From a virus (lineage: Duplodnaviria > Caudoviricetes): 55,662 bases of DNA. Below, one piece after another: positions 48,576-55,493 of this stretch. The position numbers and the translations under genes were made by a program. The stretch is from the IMG/VR virus record IMGVR_UViG_3300024261_000038, positions 1-55,662 of that record; one strand, given 5' to 3'. Under the pieces are notes generated by a model. The model was given only the letters and a program-made list of their open reading frames with translations, made no database searches and was not told the origin of the DNA. How positions within the stretch are numbered: position 1 is the stretch's first letter; every line of letters starts with the position of its first letter.

Positions 48576-48750
48576 GAAGGTTTACATTTGTCCTACCTGT
48601 AGAGGTAATGGCTATGTAAAAGTCGCATGCATTTATGAAAAAGAAGATATGGTTCATCAATGCTGGGATTGTGGATCTCAAGGAGAGCTATATGATTATG
48701 GAAATGAAGATTTTCCTGACTTTGAGGGAGAAGGGATGTCAATACACTAA
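48553..48750 (+). CDS. DnaJ-type zinc-finger protein
   Basis: CPTCRGNG...CWDCGSQG. Confidence 0.65.
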   Translation: MANSKKVKKVYICPTCRGNGYVKVACIYEKEDMVHQCWDCGSQGELYDYGNEDFPDFEGEGMSIH

Positions 48751-49190
48751 TGATACCTGATACTGACAAAGCCTATATTGCAGGACTGTTTGACGGAGAA
48801 GGGTCCATACATATAAGACGTGGCATTGAAAAGAAAAAGAAACACAAGGGTAAACCTGGATACAGATACTCTAATAGTTTACGTTTATCTATGGAGATTA
48901 CGATGACTGATCGTAGTGTGTTGATGTGGGTACATGAAACGTTAGGTGTTGGAACATTAGCACCTAAGAAAGTAAAAGGCAAACGAGTTGACGGTACGCC
49001 TTATCTTAAACAATATAGATGGCGATGTACTTTTCGGGACGCATACTATGTATGCGCCTTAATTTGGCCTTGGGCTCATACTAAACTGCCTAAGATACAA
49101 AGAGTAATAGAGCACTATACTAACGTTGCACTTAAGGATAATGTGATCTCAATGGAAGAATATAAAATGGTGAGGAAAGATGTTCGATAA
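48750..49190 (+). CDS. Free-standing single-motif LAGLIDADG endonuclease-like protein
   Basis: AYIAGLFDGEGSI motif. Confidence 0.75.
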   Translation: MIPDTDKAYIAGLFDGEGSIHIRRGIEKKKKHKGKPGYRYSNSLRLSMEITMTDRSVLMWVHETLGVGTLAPKKVKGKRVDGTPYLKQYRWRCTFRDAYYVCALIWPWAHTKLPKIQRVIEHYTNVALKDNVISMEEYKMVRKDVR

Positions 49191-49320
49191 ATATATTTAT
49201 ATGTTTTTAGATAAAACTATGGAGTGGTCTGGAAAGATCAACTCCTGGGCTTGGGTCAAACATTTAAAGTATGTAGAAAAACGTAGAATGGAAAGATTGT
49301 ATGGCAAAAGAAAAAGGTAA
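49180..49320 (+). CDS. Small hypothetical protein (46 aa, not in ORF track)
   Basis: MFDKYIYMFLDK...; GAGGA RBS. Confidence 0.5.
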   Translation: MFDKYIYMFLDKTMEWSGKINSWAWVKHLKYVEKRRMERLYGKRKR

Positions 49321-49332
49321 ATAAATACAACT

Positions 49333-50022
49333 ATGAAGAAGAAAAGAGAATGTATGAAGAAGAATGAAGAAGAACAAATAAAATTATCTATATTTAATTG
49401 GGGACCTTGTGTTACACATTTTAAATGTGATGATGCATTTATAGATTTACTTATAAAAGAAGGTAAAAAAGGTAAACAAGACTACAGAGATAAACTTGCA
49501 GGACAAATTAAAGAAGAGATAGGTTATTCTGAAGAGTCAAAAAAGTTAATATTACCAAGACTTTCCCAGTTTATAGGGGTCTATGATCAAGCTTTTGAAA
49601 GGTATCAAAGCAAACCTTATGAAACAAAACCTGAGTATGTGTTATCAGCACTCTGGATAAATTATCAAAAACAACACGAGTATAATCCACCACACGATCA
49701 TGATGGTAGATTGTCGTTTGTTATCTATCTTGATATGCCAAAAAAATTAGAAGAAGAACAAAAAAATTATGTAGGTAAATCTTGTGGACCTGGAGGAATA
49801 CAATTTTTATATGGAGAAGGACCAAGAGATGCAGTAACTACATTATCTTTTTCTCCTAAAAAAGGAGATATGTTTATTTTTCCTTCTTGGTTGAAACATT
49901 ACGTTGCGCCTTACAAATCTGATTGTACACGAATCAGTGTGAGTGGTAACTTTCATGACCAAGTCCCTATAAATAATGTTATAAATTTCGCACCTAAATA
50001 TTTAAAAAATGCAAAAAAATGA
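49333..50022 (+). CDS. 2OG-Fe(II) oxygenase-like protein
   Basis: WINYQ...NPPHDH...SFVIYL...FPSWLKHYV...RISVSGN; start may be 49354. Confidence 0.75.
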   Translation: MKKKRECMKKNEEEQIKLSIFNWGPCVTHFKCDDAFIDLLIKEGKKGKQDYRDKLAGQIKEEIGYSEESKKLILPRLSQFIGVYDQAFERYQSKPYETKPEYVLSALWINYQKQHEYNPPHDHDGRLSFVIYLDMPKKLEEEQKNYVGKSCGPGGIQFLYGEGPRDAVTTLSFSPKKGDMFIFPSWLKHYVAPYKSDCTRISVSGNFHDQVPINNVINFAPKYLKNAKK

Positions 50023-50753
50023 AGAAGAGTGATCGATATAGATATATGTCCGGACAGATGTACGAGCATCACGGAACACGGCTCTATGACTTTGGCGGAG
50101 AAAGATTGCCGTCTGTTACAACCATTTTAGGATTGACAAAAGATCAAAGTTTTATAAAGCAGTGGCAAAAAAAGGTAGGCCATGAAAAAGCAGAACAGAT
50201 CAAGAATCATAGTAGTAAACGTGGGACTTCCATGCATAAATTCCTGGAATGTCACGTCACAGGAGTTGGATACGATGATCTATCGCCCATTGGGACGGAA
50301 GCTAAACCGATGGCTGAAAAGATTATTGAAGTGGGTTTATTACCCGTTGAAGAGTATTATGGTTCGGAAGTTACGTTACACTATCCGGGGCTGTACGCAG
50401 GCTCAACAGATCTTGTATGCTCACACAATGGCATGGAAACTATTGTTGACTTCAAGCAGGCCAATCGTCCGAAGAAGAAAGAATGGATCGAAGATTATTA
50501 TTTGCAAATTGCAGCATACGCCATGGCACACGACTATGTCTACAAATCTGAAATTAGGCAGGGAGTTATCATGGTATGCACGCCTGACCTATATTATCAA
50601 GAATTTAAAATAGAAGGACCTGAATTAAGGCGCTATAAACATGAGTTTCTCAAAAGATTGGACATGTATCATGACCTAAAATTTGATGAAAAAGAAAGAA
50701 CCAAACCAATGAAAGCGGAAGATTTTAATGTTCAGGAAGATAAGACCAAATAA
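50019..50753 (+). CDS. PD-(D/E)xK exonuclease (RecB/Cas4-like)
   Basis: PSVTTIL, RGTSMH, YAGSTDL...IVDFKQ, YYLQIAAY. Confidence 0.8.
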   Translation: MKKSDRYRYMSGQMYEHHGTRLYDFGGERLPSVTTILGLTKDQSFIKQWQKKVGHEKAEQIKNHSSKRGTSMHKFLECHVTGVGYDDLSPIGTEAKPMAEKIIEVGLLPVEEYYGSEVTLHYPGLYAGSTDLVCSHNGMETIVDFKQANRPKKKEWIEDYYLQIAAYAMAHDYVYKSEIRQGVIMVCTPDLYYQEFKIEGPELRRYKHEFLKRLDMYHDLKFDEKERTKPMKAEDFNVQEDKTK

Positions 50754-50883
50754 TTTAGATAAGATTAATAAATTACAATCTATGAAAAAACATCCTATTG
50801 GAGCAATGGGAGAAAGAGATTCACGTATAAATAAATTAATTAACAAACTATATAATAGGAAGGAGCAAACATGGGTGCAGTAA
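50728..50883 (+). CDS. Small hypothetical protein (51 aa, not in ORF track)
   Basis: MFRKIRPNNLDKINK...; fills the gap between exonuclease and the ORF at 50871. Confidence 0.45.
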   Translation: MFRKIRPNNLDKINKLQSMKKHPIGAMGERDSRINKLINKLYNRKEQTWVQ

Positions 50884-51086
50884 AACAAATGCAGATAGAA
50901 GAGATGGAAAAAGAAGACGAAAGAGCAAGAGAACATAAGATACAAATGGTAAAAGATGGTGAAGCTGATGAAGATATATTCGATTTAACAAACAATATAT
51001 GTCAAGAGGGCTGTGGAAACTATCTTACGGTTGTAGAAGATGGTTGGGGTATTTGTCTTGATTGTAGAATCGAGAAAGATGACTGA
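50871..51086 (+). CDS. Small acidic protein with Cys motif
   Basis: AAGGAG RBS; CQEGC...CLDC. Confidence 0.6.
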   Translation: MGAVKQMQIEEMEKEDERAREHKIQMVKDGEADEDIFDLTNNICQEGCGNYLTVVEDGWGICLDCRIEKDD

Positions 51087-51657
51087 TCAAACGAGTAAAA
51101 AATATTATCAAGAAAATAGAATAGAAATAACAATTAAAAGAAAAAAATTTTATCAAGATAATGTTGAAAGAATAAAAACTAATCAAAAAAAATACTACTT
51201 AAAAAATAGAAAAGAAATTTTAGAAAAACGAAAAGAATATCAGACAATTTATAGAAAAAACAATAAAGAAAAAACTCGTATTAGTAATGAAAAATATATT
51301 CGTACTGAACAAGGATTCTTTAGGTCTATGTGGGGATCGTGTAAAAAAAGTAAACACGGGTGTGATTTTAAAGATTTTAATGAGTTTTTTAATTGTTGGT
51401 TAGAACAAAAAGCTGTATCTGGAATGATTTGCCCTGCAACAGGGGTTGAAATGACTATGGAACCTGGAAAAGGATTAAAAAGACATTTTACTAATGTTTC
51501 AAAAGACCGTATTTTATCTACAAGAAGTTATTCTAAAGAAAATTTAATATTTACTACATATGGATTTAATTCTAGTAAATGTAATCTATCACCTAAAGGT
51601 GCTAAAGCTTTTTTAAGAATTGTAAAAGAAAGGTACGGTACCGATGAAATTGAATAA
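51079..51657 (+). CDS. HNH-like (His-Me finger) endonuclease
   Basis: K/Y-rich helical N-terminus; CPATG...SKDRI...YSKEN...FNSSK; start likely MTDQT. Confidence 0.6.
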   Translation: MTDQTSKKYYQENRIEITIKRKKFYQDNVERIKTNQKKYYLKNRKEILEKRKEYQTIYRKNNKEKTRISNEKYIRTEQGFFRSMWGSCKKSKHGCDFKDFNEFFNCWLEQKAVSGMICPATGVEMTMEPGKGLKRHFTNVSKDRILSTRSYSKENLIFTTYGFNSSKCNLSPKGAKAFLRIVKERYGTDEIE

Positions 51658-51696
51658 AGAAAGAACCAAACCAATGAAAGCGGAGGATTTTAATAA

Positions 51697-52437
51697 ATGA
51701 AAACAGTTTTAAGCACAAAAGGAATTTGTTTAATCCATAATCATAATTATAAAGATAACCCTGAAAAGTATACAATTCTTTTTCAAAGAAGAAAATGCAA
51801 AGGAAAAATTTATGAATACAGAGGTATTATATGTTCAGAATGTAAAATAAATAGAAGAAAAGAATATTACATTAAAAACAAAGAACATGAATTAAAACGA
51901 AATAAAAACTGGCGTGATAAAAATCCTGAAAAATTAACACTTGCAGCTAGAATAAGCAGTCTTAAACATCATTTAAAAATAACAGATGCTGAAGCTCATG
52001 ATATTATAAGAAAAAAAAGAAATATACTTACTAGTAATTGGAAAAAAAATAACCCAGAAAAAAAAAATAAAAGTCAAAGATTATATAGAAAAAGAAGAAT
52101 GGCTAGGGATCCAGGATTTAAATTATTAAATAATTGCAGGACTCAAATACATAGAGTTTTAAAAGGTAATATTAAATCTAAAAAAACTAAAGAATTACTT
52201 GGTTGTACTGTAGAACAATTAAAAAGACATTTGTCTAGTAAATTTATAGATAATATGAGTTTTGAAAATTATGGGAAGTGGCATGTAGATCACATTAAAC
52301 CTTGTGCTAAGTTTGATTTTACTAAACCCGAAGAACAAGTTAAATGTTTTCATTACACAAACCTACAGCCTTTATGGGCTATAGATAATTTTAAGAAAGG
52401 AGCAAAGTATGACGGATCAAACGAGGTGGGGCATTGA
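51697..52437 (+). CDS. HNH endonuclease
   Basis: WHVDHIKPC...CFHYTNLQPLWAIDNFKK; N-terminal CxxC; GGAGG RBS. Confidence 0.8.
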   Translation: MKTVLSTKGICLIHNHNYKDNPEKYTILFQRRKCKGKIYEYRGIICSECKINRRKEYYIKNKEHELKRNKNWRDKNPEKLTLAARISSLKHHLKITDAEAHDIIRKKRNILTSNWKKNNPEKKNKSQRLYRKRRMARDPGFKLLNNCRTQIHRVLKGNIKSKKTKELLGCTVEQLKRHLSSKFIDNMSFENYGKWHVDHIKPCAKFDFTKPEEQVKCFHYTNLQPLWAIDNFKKGAKYDGSNEVGH

Positions 52438-52609
52438 TCTTATACACACGAAGAATAAGGCAATAAAGAGGCAGAAAGACATTGTAACAAGATCCTTGGC
52501 TGAAGTTGATAAGTTAGAGGAGCAATATATTGTAGAATTGATGATACAGATTGAGGCAATATATGAGCAAAAGTATGGCGAGAACAAGGCAAATAAGACA
52601 GTTCTTTAG
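52409..52609 (+). CDS. Hypothetical protein
   Basis: AAGGAG RBS; MTDQTRWG... Confidence 0.55.
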   Translation: MTDQTRWGIDLIHTKNKAIKRQKDIVTRSLAEVDKLEEQYIVELMIQIEAIYEQKYGENKANKTVL

Positions 52610-52800
52610 AATGATTCTAATGTATCAGGGTTCATGGAGCACGGACCATGGAACTGTGGAACTCCCATGGAACTTTTTTTTCGGCTTAGAAACCGCTATA
52701 TATAAGAGATATCTAGACCAAAAGAGAAAAAGTTCCACGGTACCATCACTTTTTTTTCATCTGAACAAAAAAAGTGTTTTGGTCTGGAGAGGGTATATAG
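52606..52800. other. Non-coding region with nested direct and inverted repeats (candidate origin or packaging/regulatory site)
   Basis: TTAGAAT-G-ATTCTAA palindrome; TGGAACT x3 plus one inverted copy; further inverted repeats. Confidence 0.45.
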
Positions 52801-52812
52801 TAGGAATAAGTT

Positions 52813-53100
52813 ATGCCTAAGAAAAGAAGAAAAGCTATCAACACTGAAACAACTCCGGATATACCTTTTCAGAAGGTTAGAGTGGAGTGGGTCGACTGCG
52901 TAAGTGACTCTGCCTGGGCTAGTGAAAAAGAGTTTGATAAAATGAAATTAGCATTCCCAGTTAATGAAGGCTGGTTATATTCTAAAGATAAAAATTCAAT
53001 TAAATTATTTGCGTCTTACGATAAAGATGAAGATGGTATTACTTTTGGGGATCGGACAATGATTCCTCGTCAATGGGTAAAGAAGATTCAGAAGCTGTAG
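52813..53100 (+). CDS. Conserved phage hypothetical protein
   Basis: VRVEWVD...EGWL...IP; AGGA RBS. Confidence 0.65.
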   Translation: MPKKRRKAINTETTPDIPFQKVRVEWVDCVSDSAWASEKEFDKMKLAFPVNEGWLYSKDKNSIKLFASYDKDEDGITFGDRTMIPRQWVKKIQKL

Positions 53101-53560
53101 ATGGAGTCACATTTATTAATTGCCCGTAGTCGTCTATTATCTGTTTCATTTTTGCTTCTAGCTCTTGTTCTGATAGGTCCTCTAGTTTTCCTGTTTTTAT
53201 TATCTTTCTATCTATGTATAGTCCTGCTGCTTTTCCTCTGTTTGCTTCCGCATTCACTGCTGAAGAGAATGATCCTTTTTTTAAAGCGGCCTCTCTCAGT
53301 CTAGCAAGCTCTGCTATGTGTCCTTCATAAGACACTTCATGTTTTCTAATTCTTTCTTCTCTCAACTGTCCTAAATATTTTACAACTAGTGGAGATAACT
53401 TTGGATTGTTTAATTCTGATCCTTCTTGTCTTGCACGTTTAGGACTATACCCAGCAGCGATAGCCGCTTCTGTTTGTGTCATTGGTCCATCTGGTCCACC
53501 GAATACTAAAAATTCAGCAAAGCGTTGTTGCATTTCAGTTAATCTTTTTGGTACGCCCAT
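53039..53560 (-). CDS. terS: Terminase small subunit
   Basis: LTEMQQRFA...TEAAIAAGYS...GSELNNP N-terminal HTH typical of TerS. Confidence 0.75.
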   Translation of the reverse strand: MGVPKRLTEMQQRFAEFLVFGGPDGPMTQTEAAIAAGYSPKRARQEGSELNNPKLSPLVVKYLGQLREERIRKHEVSYEGHIAELARLREAALKKGSFSSAVNAEANRGKAAGLYIDRKIIKTGKLEDLSEQELEAKMKQIIDDYGQLINVTPSTASESSLPIDEESLSDPQK

Positions 53561-53647
53561 GTTTTTTACCTATACTGTATCCTATAATAAAACTGCATCC
53601 CATTACAGAAATGATGGCTATTAAATGCCAAATTAAAAAATTCATAT

Positions 53648-53676
53648 TTGACAATTTAAGGTAACTATCCTATAAA
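53648..53676 (+). promoter_or_regulatory. Sigma70-type promoter, probably leaderless
   Basis: TTGACA-17 nt-TATAAA-6 nt-ATG(53683). Confidence 0.65.
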
Positions 53677-53682
53677 GTCAAT

Positions 53683-53928
53683 ATGAAAGTATACAAAGAT
53701 GATAGAGGAGAACACGATCTAGAGAGAAGAATAGAACAGCTTTTATTAGAAAATAGATCTCTAAAAGATACCTTAGATGGATACAAGTTGTTGATAGAAC
53801 AACACAAGAAAGAGATCTGGGAATTAAAACAAACTGCATCAGAAAATGAAAAGAATAAAAATTTGTTGCAAGGTTATAAAAAAGTAATAGAAGACTTATC
53901 TGCTAAGTTAAGTCAAAAAGATTTATGA
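53683..53928 (+). CDS. Coiled-coil hypothetical protein
   Basis: 81-aa heptad-rich ORF behind the promoter. Confidence 0.6.
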   Translation: MKVYKDDRGEHDLERRIEQLLLENRSLKDTLDGYKLLIEQHKKEIWELKQTASENEKNKNLLQGYKKVIEDLSAKLSQKDL

Positions 53929-54164
53929 GAGTACAAGACCTTCAGTTGTTTCTCGGTAACTTTACAAAAGGATCTGACGCAGTAAAAAATGCTGTCATCT
54001 TCGTAGAGATACAAGGAAATTTACATGAGATTAGACGAATGGAAGTACATGAAAATGCTATTCCAATTATCGGTCAACCAGGCCACAGTACACATAGGTT
54101 AGTTATGAAAACCCATAAACCTTCTAAGCTTATCTTGCCAGATAAACTTCAGAAGGACTATTAA
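53925..54164 (+). CDS. Hypothetical protein
   Basis: ATGA-coupled 79-aa ORF. Confidence 0.6.
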   Translation: MRVQDLQLFLGNFTKGSDAVKNAVIFVEIQGNLHEIRRMEVHENAIPIIGQPGHSTHRLVMKTHKPSKLILPDKLQKDY

Positions 54165-54192
54165 TGAATGACAGTGTTACTTTAAAAAAGGT

Positions 54193-54561
54193 ATGGGACC
54201 AGAGCGTAAATTATATCAAAAAGTTAAGAATAATTTTAAAGATTTTTCGCTTATTAGACTTGAAAATAATAGCTTACTTGGTACTCCCGATCTATTGGTG
54301 TATAATAATTCTGGCCACTTTTTCACTATCGAGTTGAAAGTCACGAAGGGTAACAAACTTAAGTTTTCACCACACCAAATTAGCTTTCATGTGAGGCATC
54401 CACACAATACATTTATCATAGCAGAGGCCCTTGGTCCAGGTACCGTGAAACTTTTCCGTGGTTCACGAATCATGGAGCTTGACGCTTGCGGGTTTAAGCT
54501 TGACGCTTGCTGCTTGGGGCTTGACGCTTGTCGCTTGATGCTTCAGGAGCTTGGGGCTTGA
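54193..54561 (+). CDS. PD-(D/E)xK nuclease (VRR-NUC / Holliday-junction-resolvase-like)
   Basis: E...GTPDLL...IELK...SPHQ; C-terminus runs into the heptad array. Confidence 0.7.
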   Translation: MGPERKLYQKVKNNFKDFSLIRLENNSLLGTPDLLVYNNSGHFFTIELKVTKGNKLKFSPHQISFHVRHPHNTFIIAEALGPGTVKLFRGSRIMELDACGFKLDACCLGLDACRLMLQELGA

Positions 54562-54583
54562 CGCTTGAGGCTTGAAGCTTGTG
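54477..54583 (+). repeat. 7-bp-period array GCTTGNN (14 GCTT units plus 1 degenerate)
   Basis: GCTT at 54477, 54484, (54491), 54498-54540 every 7 bp, one 9-nt step, then 54549-54577 every 7 bp. Confidence 0.9.
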
Positions 54584-54700
54584 GCCCGGACCAGGTGAAC
54601 GCCTTCCAGCCTCCGTCGAGTCTCCTCGGCTAATTACCTGATCCGATTTATTACGCTTGCGTAATTCTTTATAATATTTTGGGTGTTTAAATTCGTGCAT
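54494..54700 (-). CDS. Small hypothetical protein whose C-terminus is encoded by the heptad array
   Basis: TAATG-coupled to the upstream minus-strand gene; MHEFKHPKYYKELRK. Confidence 0.45.
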   Translation of the reverse strand: MHEFKHPKYYKELRKRNKSDQVISRGDSTEAGRRSPGPGHKLQASSVKPQAPEASSDKRQAPSSKRQA

Positions 54701-55299
54701 TAATGTTTACCATATATCACAGCTGGAATAGTTTTGTCCCAACATTTTCTACAATCCATGCATTTTCCTTTTTGGTCCGGAGCTGGACATGTACGTGATT
54801 CTTTAGTCGTGACACCTGACTCATGACTCCAGGCGCTGGAGCTTGGACCGTTGATCTTAGATCTTGATAATCTTATAACAAGATTTGCCGGAACCTCTTC
54901 AGGAGCTGGCAGGAATTGCCGCTCTTGCGTCGGCAGCCAGTGATTTGTATCGGGTGTAAGTTTACACACCTCCAAAATATTGGCCATATGTTCTTTTGAT
55001 TGTACGTCTCCGGCATCATGCCATCTAAACCATTTTAAATTTTTAATTCTTGCAGCCATCGCTTCAACCCATAATGGGTTTTTAATTGCATCCAGGCGTC
55101 TGTACTGGGCCGCTTTGATTGCTGGGTACCGTGTATAATTTCCTTTTTTAGCATAACAGAAAAAGCATGGCGTGCCTGGAACCTTCGAGAGCTTCCAGCC
55201 GGTCTTACACTCCCACGCCGGGAGGCTATAAGATAGTCCCGGCATTTTGGACGTTTTCGTAAATGAGTCTGTAATTTTTAAAGCTTCTTTTATTAACAT
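54700..55299 (-). CDS. Gp88-like protein (Cys-rich, radical-SAM-like pattern)
   Basis: SKMPGLSYSLPAWEC...CFFCYA...FRWHDAGD...CPA...CMDCRKCW. Confidence 0.65.
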   Translation of the reverse strand: MLIKEALKITDSFTKTSKMPGLSYSLPAWECKTGWKLSKVPGTPCFFCYAKKGNYTRYPAIKAAQYRRLDAIKNPLWVEAMAARIKNLKWFRWHDAGDVQSKEHMANILEVCKLTPDTNHWLPTQERQFLPAPEEVPANLVIRLSRSKINGPSSSAWSHESGVTTKESRTCPAPDQKGKCMDCRKCWDKTIPAVIYGKH

Positions 55300-55493
55300 A
55301 ATTTATTTCTTTCTAAATCCTTTATAGTCCCTGATTCATGATCTGTCAAGCTTGAAGCTTGGCGCTTGGCGCTTGTTGCTTGCGGCTTGAGGCTTTTGAA
55401 AAACTTCTCGCAGCTGGCAAGATAAGCAGCCGGGAGCTGTGAGTGCTCCCGGATAAAATAATGTGTTAAGTCGTTGTGTTTAATTCTTTTCAT
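55293..55493 (-). CDS. Small hypothetical protein spanning the second heptad array
   Basis: GGAG RBS; ATGA-coupled to the upstream minus-strand gene. Confidence 0.5.
   Translation of the reverse strand: MKRIKHNDLTHYFIREHSQLPAAYLASCEKFFKSLKPQATSAKRQASSLTDHESGTIKDLERNKLC
55321..55349 (-). promoter_or_regulatory. Sigma70-type promoter for the Gp88-like gene
   Basis: Minus strand TTGACA-17 nt-TATAAA. Confidence 0.65.
55350..55398 (+). repeat. Second 7-bp-period GCTTGNN array (7 units)
   Basis: GCTT at 55350, 55357, 55364, 55371, 55378, 55385, 55392. Confidence 0.9.

Larger units (their letters stand above)
50691..51694 (+). repeat. 39-bp direct repeat (50691-50729 and 51656-51694)
   Basis: AAAGAAAGAACCAAACCAATGAAAGCGGA[A/G]GATTTTAAT, 38/39 identical. 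Confidence 0.9.

Noticed and set aside
54477-55398. GCTTG arrays as CRISPR arrays
   Set aside because: Units are 7 bp with no spacers of CRISPR length and there is no cas operon; the Cas4-like gene fits an ordinary phage exonuclease
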